A stretch of DNA of 61,579 nt, the filler included, from Bipalium vagum (lineage: Eukaryota): NCBI GenBank assembly GCA_037834085.1. It is 3 parts of 3 records of this genome, joined end to end, with 100 filler letters (N's around TTAATTAATTAA, not from the genome) between each part and the next. Parts side by side here need not be neighbours in the genome. Positions count along the whole stretch, not along the records: positions 1 to 22,090 come from JBBMKC010227101.1; 2 more parts are not named here. The stretch is one strand, 5' to 3'. The translations under genes and the position numbers were made by a program. The notes under the pieces were generated by a model, which searched no databases, had not been told where the DNA came from, and saw nothing but the letters and a program-made list of their open reading frames with translations. This document shows positions 1 to 12,229 of this stretch, piece by piece. How positions within the stretch are numbered: position 1 is the first letter of the stretch; each line of letters begins with the position of its first letter.

Positions 1-207
1 CTTGATTGCAATCCTCTAGACTATTATGTGTGGAGCATGGTTGAGAAGGATGTTAATCAACATTACCACACATCTGTTGACTCTCTAAAAATTAAAATAC
101 AAGAAGTGATGACGAATCTCGATAAAAAGGTGCTGGTCAAGGCATTCCAGAGGTTCAGAGGCCGTATTGAGGCTGTATTCGCAGCTGAAGGAAGTTTTAT
201 TGGATGA
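1..207 (+). mobile_element. 3' end of maT (DD37D-like) Tc1/mariner transposase, truncated by window edge
   Basis: Frame 1 reads LDCNPLDYYVWSMVEKDVN...FQRFRGRIEAVFAAEGSFIG*, matching the SPDxNPLDYxVW motif and C-terminus of maT transposases. Confidence 0.8.
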
Positions 208-292
208 ACCTTTAAATATGTTTTGACCTATTTAATCAATGAAAGATTTACATTTATATAATAAAAAATAAAAAAGCGAATACTTATTACCA

Positions 293-650
293 AATGGGTT
301 CATTACTACATAACGGAAAGCAAATCCCAATCTAAGCAGTGAAAACATCGGAAAACCCCACCTCCAAGGTTAAATCTGTTAAATCTGCTGGATAGGTGTT
401 GGCATCTATATTTTTGGATGCAAAGGAAATCTTATGGAGAGTATTACGTAAAACTATTGGAAAAAATGGATACCATCATTGGAGAAAAATAAAATCATTT
501 TTCATCAAGATAATGCACGTCCACACCCGACATTAAGAACAATGGCAAAAATCAATGAATCAAATTACGAACTTCTTCATCATCCAACATATTTACCCGA
601 TTTGGCTGCCTCTGACTTTCACATGTTCCCAAAGTTGAACATGTTTCTTG
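293..650 (+). mobile_element. Degenerate mariner transposase fragment
   Basis: WVHYY..ESKSQSKQ, SAG*VLASIF, FHQDNARPH and HPTYLPDLAASDFHMFPKL motifs, with stops and frameshifts. Confidence 0.85.
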
Positions 651-1289
651 TGCACTAACTTTATCTTTTCGCCTAACACAATCCAATGTCTAAGACTTTA
701 CTGGTTCTGTTTAATTAAAAATGTTCAGTAGCACATGTTTTGAGGTGACAATGTCTCCTCTTTGTATGCATAATTAAATTGATAATTCAATTGATAATGA
801 TATTAGCTTGTATTATGGTGATCGTTGACACTTTAATTTGAATTTTTTAAAATAATTCTAACTAATATATAGATCTTTTTTAGTGTTATGAATACTATTT
901 TTAATAACATATATCTTTTGATTGAAATCCCGCTTTGTTTAAGAGAAATATTTAGAATTGTCATAACTTTAGTTAATGAGAATGTTAATAGTTTTCTTTG
1001 GATTTTACAATTATTGATTGTAACAAAGGTAACATTTTTTTAAAAAATTTAAGGTCATGAATATAATGGAGACATTTATTGTAAAACCTAAAACATTTTC
1101 TTCAATTAAATAGTTGATTTCTGTTTTTTCATATTGAAGAATATTGAATATATCTTGTATATTTGTATAAGATGAACCCACAATATATTAGGTTGTTCGG
1201 AAATAAATAAGCGTTTTTTATAAGGCAACTTTCGATTATTTTATTGTATATAAAATACGTATGAATGGCATTGTTAGTTGAAAATTAAT

Positions 1290-1361
1290 TGGAGATACCG
1301 GGATTCGAACCCGGGACCTTCACATGCACATGGAATGCTCTGACCCCTGAGCTATATCCCC
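1290..1361 (-). tRNA. tRNA-Ala-derived sequence in the 3' LTR (TGC at anticodon position; probably not a functional tRNA)
   Basis: GGGGATATAGCTCAGGGGTCAGAGC...GGTTCGAATCCCGGTATCTCCA; 7-bp acceptor stem with G3:U70 alanine identity pair, A box and B box intact, anticodon stem mispaired. Confidence 0.8.
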
Positions 1362-1386
1362 CGACTAACTTTCAATTTATCTCACA

Positions 1387-1398
1387 CCCCCCTCCTTT
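1387..1398 (-). other. Polypurine tract of the TRIM
   Basis: AAAGGAGGGGGG immediately precedes the TG of the 3' LTR on the minus strand. Confidence 0.88.
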
Positions 1399-1497
1399 AA
1401 AGCTCACATCCATACCCTTAACCACCCGAGACTCTTTACTTCTATTTCCATTCAATTCCTTTAGATTTTTACTTCCGAGACCTCGTCCGTGGTTGGT

Positions 1498-1515
1498 GTC
1501 CTGGTGTGGTCGCCA
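1498..1515 (-). other. Primer-binding site of the TRIM (likely tRNA-Arg)
   Basis: TGGCGACCACACCAGGAC directly after the CA of the 5' LTR; its complement GTCCTGGTGTGGTCG-CCA resembles metazoan tRNA-Arg 3' ends. Confidence 0.8.
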
Positions 1516-1533
1516 TGTTAGCTGAAAATTAAT

Positions 1534-1605
1534 CGGAGATACCGGGATTCGAAATGGGGACCTTCACGTGCGCATAGAATGCTCTGACCGCTGAGCTACA
1601 TCCTC
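1534..1605 (-). tRNA. tRNA-Ala-derived sequence in the 5' LTR (CGC at anticodon position; T-stem damaged)
   Basis: Second copy 244 bp from the first: GAGGATGTAGCTCAGCGGTCAGAGC...ATTTCGAATCCCGGTATCTCCG. Confidence 0.7.
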
Positions 1606-2729
1606 CGACTAACTTTCAATTTATCTCACAGGCATCATATGATATTCCAAATTGATGCTTAGATAATAAGGATTCATATTCTATATTAATTTTACTGCTT
1701 TAAATTAAACCATATTTTGGCACAGTTTAAAAATGTTAACAAACCAGCAAATTAGAGCAATATATCTCTACGAATTTAAACTTGGAAATTCTGCGGCAGA
1801 TGCAACCAGACATATAAACAGAACTTTCGGAGATGTTTATGTAGCAGAATCAACTACCCGTTAGTGATTTGCCAAATTCTGTATTGGAAAATTTGATCTC
1901 AGTGATGCAGAGGGTCGTGGGAGGAAAACTTCAGTGAACAATGATGATTTGAAGACAATTTTTGAATCAAACCAACAGAATACAGTAAGAAATTTATCCA
2001 AGCAACTATCAGTATTCTATTTCAACTGTTTCTCAACACCTTAAGGAAATTGGCAAGGTTAAAAAGTTAAATAAGTGGATACTGAAAAACAAATGAGATA
2101 TGATATTTCCTCAAAACTGATTCAAAGAAATAAAAATAATCCATTTTTGCACAGAATAATTACGTGTGATGATAAATGGATTCTTTACGATAACCGTAAA
2201 CGTCCATCTGAGTGAGTAGAGCGTGGTTCAGTTCCAAATTGTTCTAATTGAAAAAACGCTAATTTATTTCCGAACAACCTGATATTTCTAAAAATAAATA
2301 TATTTTATTCACAATCTAATAACCACATAGATTTATGACAATCAATACTTGGCCCTGATGAGAACTGATACTTTGTTAACAAATAAATAGCAATAAAATT
2401 TATTAACTTAATATAATAAATAAAAATTGAACAATTTTCAAAACAATATGTTATTTTATCTTTAAAATAACCATAATTAGTCCATTAAAACAACACGAGG
2501 CCAAACCAATTTTAATCCTTTTTTAAAATAATATTTAATTTTTATAAGTAATATATTAATTAAATTAAAAACTATAAATGCTACATATTTTCAGAGATAA
2601 ATGAAAATAAATTAGGTAATTTACAGGTACTAAAAGCCTTAAATATTACTACGTCGAAATGAAAGTATTTTTAGATTAATCACGGATTAAAGAATTAATA
2701 ATAATTAAATATTATTAACATAATACAAT

Positions 2730-3440
2730 AATATTAGGAATGTGTCATGACTTCAAAGGAGGAAATAATTCCTTAACAGGTCGGCTTAAATGAAAAGAAT
2801 TCAGAGAAAAATGCTTCTTAAGGAATAATTTTTTCTAATTTGAATTATTTTGATTTCATCCAACATTCTCTTCAGATGAGCGCGGTTTCCTTTTATTATG
2901 AATATTTTCTGTTTCTTTATTATCATCATTTTGGTAAAAATGTTACTACTTCTCTGAATGTTGGCTGTTTTGAGAAAGCCTTCAAAACATAATTATTTCG
3001 AGAAAAATCATTTCAATTAGGGAATATCCAAAATTTTCTGGAAAATAACGACGATCGTTATTAATATTAAGTTGGCAAGGAATTAATGGGGAAAATTGAA
3101 AAATCAGCTAAATCTTTTCATTCATTAAAATATTTGCAATTAAGATGCACAATCAAAACAAAACATATAGCTCCAATCTAGCGACATCGGATTTCCGCTT
3201 ATTCCTACTAATGCTACATTGTTTGTTGTATGATTTTTCCGACGGATATTGTAGTATATTCGTCGTTCTATACACCAGCTGTTTCAAGAAGAAATATTAT
3301 TATTTGAATTAAAGATAACAATAAACCATCTAAGCTAATAAAGAATATTTAATCTAATTTTTTCACATACCAAATATTTTTATAGTCTTCAATACTATCA
3401 TAATAATATCATAAATCAAAACTTTTTGGTGTCACACTCT
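2730..3440 (+). mobile_element. Highly decayed mariner relic
   Basis: YSSNLATSDFRLF near 3165-3205 resembles YSPDLAPSDFHLF; boundaries approximate. Confidence 0.5.
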
Positions 3441-6400
3441 TTGTGATGTGACAATCTTCGTTGATTAATGCAATGATTTCGTCATAATTGGTTTCTGTTG
3501 GTTGATCAATGCTGACTCATCTTTCAGTGGCCAATCATCACTGAATGATTAGAGTTAAATTCTTATATATGAATAAGATACGTTTTCTATTCTTTCATAC
3601 TACAACCAAAGACGAGGAAAATAATGTTAAAAAATAAGTTATCGATTAATCACTATTTTGCAGTCATAGTTAAACAATTATCTTACTTGAAATATATAAA
3701 TAAAATGCAGTAAAACAAGCTTTTATGGTAAAAATAATTATTATTAATTGGAGAGATTTTAAAGTTAATTTATGCAAATATTTTGCATAATAAATTTTAA
3801 TCAATACGGATCGAAAATTATGTTATACTAACGTAATATACAAATAGAATTTACGAAAAGTTAAAAGTAAAAAATATAAAGGTAAACAATTTCTCATAAG
3901 AAACCAACAAAAGTAAATACGAATGTTGATTGGCTAATAATAAATAAATAAATAAAATCAATATATACATTTTGAAAATTGACAAAATTTGCTGATCAAT
4001 TTAAATTAATGATGAAAATTATAGTATTAATTATAATATTTATTAATAATTTTGTGAATTAATAGTAATTTTTATAAAATTTTAATTAATAATATTTTAA
4101 ATGATTTTTTCTTTTTTCGTCATGAAATGATTTCTCCGTGAAACTCGATCGGCCAGTGGAGACATTTTGCAAATGATCATTTCAACTTTCCATCTTTTGC
4201 CCTTATAGCCTTTATTTATACATTTTTGAAAACGAGACGTTTAATTCACAATTGATTATTAATTAATTAGAAAATTAAGTAATTGAGGAAAATTTTCCAT
4301 TAAAATGTTCCATTTTTTATAGTAATTATTTNNNNNNNNNNNNNNNNNNNNNNNNNNNNNNNNNNNNNNNNNNNNNNNNNNNNNNNNNNNNNNNNNNNNN
4401 NNNNNNNNNNNNNNNNNNNNNNNNNNNNNNNNNNNNNNNNNNNNNNNNNNNNNNNNNNNNNNNNNNNNNNNNNNNNNNNNNNNNNTATTAGTAATACTAT
4501 TTATTATTATTTATATTATTACTATTTATATTTATTATTATTATTATTTTAACTATTCCTTAGTTTTATTAATTATATTCATCATTACCATTTTTAGTAC
4601 TTAATAATAATATTATTATTTATTATAATTACCAGTAGTACTATAATTATTATTTTTATTATTATTAAAAGATTGCAAATGTTATTTAAAGCTAAACATT
4701 ACAAAATACAATTCTTTTTGCTGACGAGTCTGTTTCGTATAGCTTGATAACAGACGATGTCGATGTATATTCCTGGAGAACATTTCTTAATCTGTTTACA
4801 ATCGTCGCTAGGATATTTTAAATATTCAATCATAATAATAATAATGATAATAATATTTTCTCCATCTAAATTATCTGCGTTTTTTATCCACAGTTTTCCT
4901 AATAATGATGGTACAAGAATATAGAGAACAGCTTTATCTGCATATTGATGACGACGTTTTCATTGTTCCCATACCCTTCTCTCTTCATTGACATTCGCAA
5001 AGCATCAATAAGAAATCGACAACTGTTCTGTTAAGCTTGTAACCCTGGCAATATGGGAGAATTTAATGATATTTATTGGTTAATATTTTGAACAACCACA
5101 AAATTAATTACCTTAGAATTTAATAATTAATATCCAAATGGTCTTTACTTTGAAACATAATATAATTTTGTTTTTTTTATTATTTTAAATAATAAATGAA
5201 ATTACTTATGAATCACCCTAATAGTATTATACATAGTATTTATTTATATATTATATTTACATACATACTTATTTTTAAAATATACTTATTATTATTATTA
5301 TTTTTAATATATTTATTTATATATTATTTATTATATATATAATTATTTTACTAATTAAAACAAGATTAATCGACTCTTATTATTCTTTACGGCAGTTCAG
5401 ATAAATGTTTTCACTATGTTTAACTATTTCTATTATGATCCTCTTGCTGTAGAAGTAAAAACAACGTTACGAATCCGTTGAAAAAGGCTCGACCTTCAAC
5501 ATAATAATCTATAAATTATTATCATGACCCTTTCCAGCGTTACACCATTCAAACTTTGCTACTAAGTGGAAAGATGCATCATTTTAAACTGTTCATCGCA
5601 TTATTTGTTTAAATATAACAAACACATAATATGATATCATTAAAAGTATAACACGGAGGTATTAAACAGGTGAAAAGATAATATAAAATCGAAGAATAAA
5701 AACAAACATTAATGTATTAAGGGTTTTCCTTTCCTGGTCGTATTATTGGTGTTGTTTTCTTTTTATTATGAAATACTTTACCATTATGTTATACGTGGGA
5801 TATTTAAAAAGGAAATAGGGGTAACCAAAACGAAGGAAGACACGTAGAGATGCATTATTAATATATTTTTCATTAAATAAAACAAGAGAAATAATATATT
5901 TTCCATGTTAATACTATTATCATAATGGTTTTTAATATCAAGCCCTGAACACCTCATGAGGATATTAGTACAGAAATAATTCCATGTTGGGGTGGATTAT
6001 TAAGGTGGGTTATATTTATTCAAGCTAACTAAACCCTTTTTTTTGCTTTCTTACCGGGTTTTATGTTAAATGTTACTACTTACAGTGTTTAGTGAGTAAG
6101 ACATAAAGCTCGGTATCTCATAGTTGTATTAAGGTGGACTATCGAAAGAAACAACCAAGAGCTCAGGAAATGCAATATCGTCTTGATGGTATTCGTGTTA
6201 TTATTTTGTTTTTCTTTTAACTTTATTCCCCAATCTAATTTCACAAAGATATTGCCAAGTACTCGACCGTCTCCAATTGTCACTTTGGACTGTGATAAGG
6301 CTTACAGGTCACCAGCACTCCACAAATAGTGATTATAACCGGATTAGGATTAATTATGTTGTTACGTTTATAAGCCTTGTCCTGAAAAATTCTTATACCA

Positions 6401-6599
6401 GCAATTTATATCAATTCAAACAAAAAATTTCTTGTTTCAATGGTATAATGTTAGTAAAGCAAACCCTCGGATTTAATCTGAAGTATTCGAAATATGTAAA
6501 TAAAACTAATCTCTCTTTAAAGGAATAAAAATATTATTTTTTATTATTAAAGGAATATTATTTTTTGGTAAAAGAAACGTTTTGAAATTTGTATTAGAC

Positions 6600-7090
6600 T
6601 TTTTTGGCAGCAATACAATTAACCTTGATTACGAGAGCATCAATGACCTACCTTTCGTTGGAAATTACATTGAAATATTACAAAACCATGTACTTCCTTG
6701 CTTGGAATCTAATGTTTCAATATGATGAAGCCAAAATGTTATAAATTTTCTTTATGCTCACTATATTCAGGTGATGGGGTCATGGACAGACATTTCACCT
6801 TACCTCAATCCCATTAAAAATTGATGGTCTAAACTGAAGATAAATGTCTCTGAACTGCACCCAACCTCATTGAATGGTTTTAAATATATTATTCTCAGAG
6901 ATGAAAATAATATATTATCAATGATTATTGCTAAAAATTGATTGAATCAATGCCTCGTTTTGTTGATGTTATCTTAAAGTCTAAAGTCTAAACACACTAA
7001 ATATGCTGGATAATCGTTTGTATTTTTGTTTAATCTAAATGAATTTTTTGGTGGAAAGTTGCTCTTCTAAATTTTGATCACAACCATTAA
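6600..7090 (+). mobile_element. Decayed Tc1-like transposase 3' part
   Basis: WTDISPYLNPIKN*WSKLK near 6783-6840 resembles WPxxSPDLNPIENLW. Confidence 0.7.
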
Positions 7091-7989
7091 GTATTCCTTA
7101 TTCCAAAAAAATAATAGTGGGCTCATGGTTAAATTCATACATCGTTTGTTTGTTTATCATTTCTACAAATTTATTGTTTTTTATTAAATTTCTGTAATAA
7201 AAAATTATTAATTACGTATATTTCATAAAATCGCCAAATTACTAATGATTTTAATATAGTAAAACAAATCTGTATTCAAATAAATGTTAACTATTATAAA
7301 AAACGACATAAGTTTTGGGACGGCCTATTTAAAATTGTCAATTTAATTTTTGTTTATCTTATGTTAAATAAATTAAATTATTTAATTTTAGTAAAAAACT
7401 TAAGAAAAACAAAATAAATTATTTCTTGAATAAAAATAACTTTTCTACAAACTAAGAGAAAAATGTCAATTATTAAAAAGCAACAAAATTCCTAAGATTT
7501 TTGTGAAAATTATGACAAAAATAAATATTCTAAAAATAAACAAAAACAATTTTCTAACTTCAAAGAAGAGTTTGAGAATTATATAAATAAAATATATATA
7601 TATATTATTATTTATAAATATCTTTTCATAAAATCTGTCGGCAAAGCTAAAAATTTATATTTTAGAAAGTCACAGAAAACTTTTCATCTGTTATTTTAAA
7701 CTGAAAATATTTAACTGAGAAAAAATAATATTTTTAAATATTAATAAATAAAAAAATGGCAAAATAATAAAAATATTTTTCACCTTCTATCCTTTGTTTA
7801 AATTGAAGTTATTTTAGTAACTCATTATCCTTAGATTAAATATCAGGAAAAAGATATATTTAATGTATATTAAGTTATGTTACTAATTACGTTAGTTATT
7901 TTAATCTCTTGAAAAATTCATCAAAAAAATTAAATATTATCTCACTAAAAATATAATAATTAAATACATTTGAATTAAAAACTATTAAT

Positions 7990-8340
7990 TATTATATTTT
8001 TCCAATTGAATGTAAATGATTATCTTTGACCACGTCAGTGCATTTCAACTTCTTAGGAAGTTCTCGAGTAATTTGTCGAGGATCTGTGTGAATGACCTTT
8101 TTAAAGTCATCATCATTTATCTTTTCAAGACATCCTCCATACTTATCATCTTTCAAATCTTCATTTCCATGATTTAATCGTGAAACCATATCTTACATTG
8201 ACCATTACTAATAACAATGTCAACACACATCGTATATTGTTCAGTATGGTTCTATGGCAGTCTTTCTTATTTGAAATCATAGCACATACAATGGCGAATA
8301 TTGTATTTTTGATCATCTATATTTCTATGCTTATTTTCCA
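7990..8340 (-). mobile_element. Mariner transposase N-terminal relic
   Basis: GNEDLKDDKYGG...DDFKKVIHTDPRQITREL...NHLHSIGK, the mariner HTH region. Confidence 0.75.
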
Positions 8341-8854
8341 ACTATTCATGAATGACATAAAAGATGGTATTAATAAAATATTATAAATGAAACAAATATA
8401 CATAATTAAATTTAAAACGCGCGCTATTTTGGTGATTTATGTTATAATAAATGTTATTCATTAAAACACGCATTTCAAACCTTCTTAAATATTGATCTGT
8501 ACAAGATTATAAACAAGGAATACATGTAGAATTAATGGTTAATTTGAGTGTTACACATTCATTAAGTAAAATCAATTAGAAAAGAACGAAGAGGTTATAT
8601 TTATTCATTATTTATTAAAATTTATAATATTATTATGAAGAAAAAAATAAATCACAATTCACCTTACACTTAAATTGAGTGGAATATTAATTTCTTTTTT
8701 GTAACATAATTTTTCGAGATTTTAATATTTTATGATTTTGTTTTACGTTATCATATTTACTTAATATCAAGTAGATTTATTTGACAGATATTTTTCTAGT
8801 CTACAAAAGTAGAGTAAAATTTTAGGATGAAATTTAATCCTATCTGAATTAGAT

Positions 8855-9200
8855 AATGTCGAAATAAAGGTCCAAGTTTATCTAAAACATTATTTTCAAC
8901 ACATATTGCTATTTAATTTTAATAAAGGTCAGAAAGGTGCAAAAGCGTTCAGGAGGTTTTTAATGCGTGAGAAAAACATAATTTGTTCGTGACTTCTGCA
9001 AAATATTGATAGGAGAAATTCTGAAGTAGTACGCTTATTCTACAGACAATCCATATACTGTAGACCACAAAATTTCAATGATAACGAATTGATCACATTT
9101 GTAAAAGAGCACCCCTGTCAAACATAAAGAAATCTGTCTCAAAACATGAACAGAAATTCATTGATAGTCTAATGGCTTCGACAAACTAGTGGAAACAGGA
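8855..9200 (+). mobile_element. Mariner transposase N-terminal relic
   Basis: HYFQHILLFNFNKGQKGAKA and RPQNFNDNELITFVKEHPCQT segments. Confidence 0.65.
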
Positions 9201-10086
9201 ATAAGTTCTAAATAATAACGAAAATTACATTATCGATTGAGTTTTCACTACGATTTGAAAATAAATATTTTTATTGTTTATTTTTTATAAATATATATTA
9301 TTTAAAATCGAGATAAATTATGTTACAATCTTATAAATACTGTTACAAATTTAATTATCGATGTTTCTATTTTTTAGTTTTGTTTAACTGTTCTATTGTC
9401 TGCTATACGATAATGTGTAATATTTGAAATTGCAAGATAATTATTGTCATTTTATGTTATACAATGTTAAAAATTTGTACACTTAAATATAAATTTAACT
9501 CTGGTGTATGAAACCAGGATTAAAATTATAATCCACCGACCAGGAGAATGATCAACACAACCCTTAACCAATTTTTAAAGACAGAGAATATCGCAAATTT
9601 GCCAATCCAATACGGAGGAATAGCAAAATTCTAAATGAAGGTTTTTCGGGAAAGTTAAGTCCCTGTATTCGACTGTGTTAGTCTACATAAAACAGTCCGT
9701 AAAAAGCATTGAAGCATTTTAAGATAAACACACCCATAATGATACAGTTATTCATAGATGATTATGACAAATACTAAAGGTATTGTGAGCAATTTCCGTT
9801 CGAATAAAGGATTTTTCCAACTTTGTTTTACTATTTAAAGAATCGAAACTAAATTACATTTTAGTGACTGTTGGAACAGATTCGACTGATTTTATTGGTT
9901 TTACAAAGCCCCAACTTGATGAATGGAAGGTTTGTTGGCCTGGTTCTGCCAGACTTCCATGTTGTAATGAAGGTAAAGGTGAACAATTTGAAAATAAGTT
10001 TTTGGCATCTAATTTTCTTTGCTTTCAAAGTAAAGATATAAATTATGTCAAAAAGTTTTTAATCAGCTGATAAAGTTCTAAAAGTA

Positions 10087-10338
10087 TTGGGTTGTAAAGT
10101 TCAAAATCCAACTAATACAATTTATTTAAAAAAAGAATTTTTACATAGGTAAAATAAGAAACTTCTTAAAATTAATTTTATCTAATTATTTAAAATGTTG
10201 CAAAATTATTAAATCAAACTAATCAGTAAAACAACGTGTTACTAACATTAAATAAATAGTAATTATAAATTTATTGTTGAAAAATATGGTCTCAAAAATT
10301 AGTTTATAAGAAGATGGATTTTGAACTTTACAACCTAA
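10087..10338. mobile_element. 252-bp mariner-type MITE
   Basis: 24-bp TIRs (ttgggttgtaaagttcaaaatcca / tggattttgaactttacaacctaa) with TA on both sides. Confidence 0.85.
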
Positions 10339-11207
10339 TAGTTAGATTAATTCTTTATGGCCAGTTTACATTATTTTATTAATTATTACAACATTACGTA
10401 GAATTCGAAGTTTTAGGGTGTTGTAAGTTTTGGTTGAGAGCTGTTTTAGTTTCTCTTATAGTATAATTTTTAAAAAATGTATGACAATTTCATCCTACAC
10501 CATGAGGAAGTGTTATTGCCAGACCCCTACTTAGGTCACCATACTCACACTATCGATATTATTCTCACTTTTTTTTCAGTCCTGCAAGTCTTGTTAAATT
10601 GTTATTCGATTTTCCATTTTAATATTGTGAAAAATGTCAATCATAATTTTATTTTTCAATCAAATTTAATGAGGAGTGATTCTCGGCAGATATGGCAATA
10701 TCGTCATCGTTCTTCACATTTGGGAATTTCAGTCTTATTTCGGGGGCTAAGTTTAATTGATGTTCGTTTTCACGAAATTCCCCTTCAGAATATACCGACA
10801 GCCGTATGTGGTATATGTTATGGAAAAGGATATATTTCTAATTTTTGCTTTGCTTCTTCCTTGAACCGTGATAATTTGCCACTGGAAACGTTGGAACTAA
10901 TTGGATTTTTCTTTTACTTGGGTACAAATATGAAATTCGGAAATAAATTCAATTATGCTCATGAAAATAGAAATATTGTTTTGTTACTTAATTAAGAAAA
11001 TATTTTTTCCTATTATATTATATTTTCTTCTTATTGATTTCATTTGTTTTATTGTATTAATTATAATTTATTATTTATATTTCCAATACTTAAACTGAAA
11101 GATTTTATGATTTTTCTCAAAACTTCTTATAAAATATAAAATCATTATATTTTTATTTAATTACACGTTTTTATGAAGAATTTTTTTATTACGGAATCTT
11201 TATTTTA

Positions 11208-12130
11208 TTAGGTGCATCGGAAAGTAATGTCGCTTTTTTACATAAAATTCAGACGAATAAAATTTGAATAATTATTTTTTTAATCAAAGACATAATCAGT
11301 CCCCTTATTAATAACCTTTTGACATCTGCTATGCAATTTTTCAAACCCGGATCGATAAAAATCAATTGGTTTTAGAGCGAAATATGTCGATAGAGCATTT
11401 TGAATATCTTCCAAATTTTCAAAATTTTTCCCTCATTGAAAATGATGTAGTTATCAGAATGAATGGAAATCCGTTGTTGCAGTGTCAGTATAATGAATGA
11501 GACAGACTCTCACTCCAATTCATTAGTTTTGTCCAAGGTTCGTCTTGCACAGTGCTGTCTTGCATTGTTATGCTGCAGAATAACTCCTTTTCTGTTGACA
11601 ATCACTGATAATTTTTGAGTAAAGTTTGATTTACTCTTTCAAATAGTTCACAATAAAGCTCTGCATTTACAGTTTGTCCGCGTTCCAGTAGTTCAAAATA
11701 AACGATTCCGGAAATACCCCACAAGCGCACCAAGCACCTTTTTTGGTTGCAAACCTGGTTTAGCAGTACATAATGGAAATTCATTCAAACCAAAGGCTTT
11801 TTTCGTTAAGTATTATTATTTAAGATCCATCTGCTGCGATCATAAGATCAAAAAACATTCCTGCACTGTATTGTTGAAAAAATAACTAACATGTGTTCAT
11901 TGGATTAAATTTATTGACTTCGGAAAATTTAAGAGGCATCCAAACATTTGCTTTTCTTACTTTGTCAATCTGACGAAAATATTCTTGGATGATCGACCAA
12001 GATTGATTAAGTGTGTTTGATATTTCCTTAACCGCCTGACACTTACTTGTCTCTACGTTCGCCATTAAGGTGTCATTATCAAAAGTTGTTGCTCTTCCTG
12101 ATCGATACGAGTCTGAAAGATCCAAATTAT
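11208..12130 (-). mobile_element. 5'-truncated mariner element with pseudogenised transposase
   Basis: TIR ttaggtgcatcggaaagtaatgtcgc after TA; ORF pieces DLSDSYRSGRATTFDNDTL, NVWMPLKFSE and GIVYFELLERGQTVNAELYC. Confidence 0.9.
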
Positions 12131-12229
12131 TTCACTATTGAGCAATATCAAAGCATGTTATATAAAAGAATGTATAAAAAAATTTATATGCACAATTCAA
12201 AGAGACTGTAGGTGTTTATGCTCTTTGAA

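Larger units (their letters stand above)
1272..1630 (-). mobile_element. TRIM (non-autonomous miniature LTR retrotransposon) with tRNA-Ala-containing LTRs
   Basis: 115-bp LTRs at 1272-1386 and 1516-1630 with TG...CA ends (11 mismatches by manual alignment); 5-bp TSD GGCAT at 1267-1271 and 1631-1635; PBS and PPT abut the LTRs. Confidence 0.92.
1188..2282 (+). mobile_element. Internally deleted mariner element with TIRs; hosts the TRIM insertion
   Basis: ~32-bp TIRs (ttaggttgttcggaaataaataagcgtttttt / aaaaaacgctaatttatttccgaacaacctga) flanked by TA; broken transposase from ATG 1733 (IRAIYLYEFKLGNSAADA...RIITCDDKWILYDN); rest of catalytic domain missing. Confidence 0.9.

Noticed and set aside
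1289-1525. 78-aa ORF MEIPGFEPGTF
   Set aside because: Antisense reading of the tRNA-derived LTR, not a protein
1290-1605. Functional tandem tRNA-Ala genes or a dimeric SINE
   Set aside because: Anticodon arms are broken, and the TG...CA ends, PBS, PPT, TSD and lack of a poly(A) tail fit an LTR element better
10477-10995. 172-aa plus-strand ORF
   Set aside because: No recognisable motif; likely the shadow of decayed minus-strand sequence
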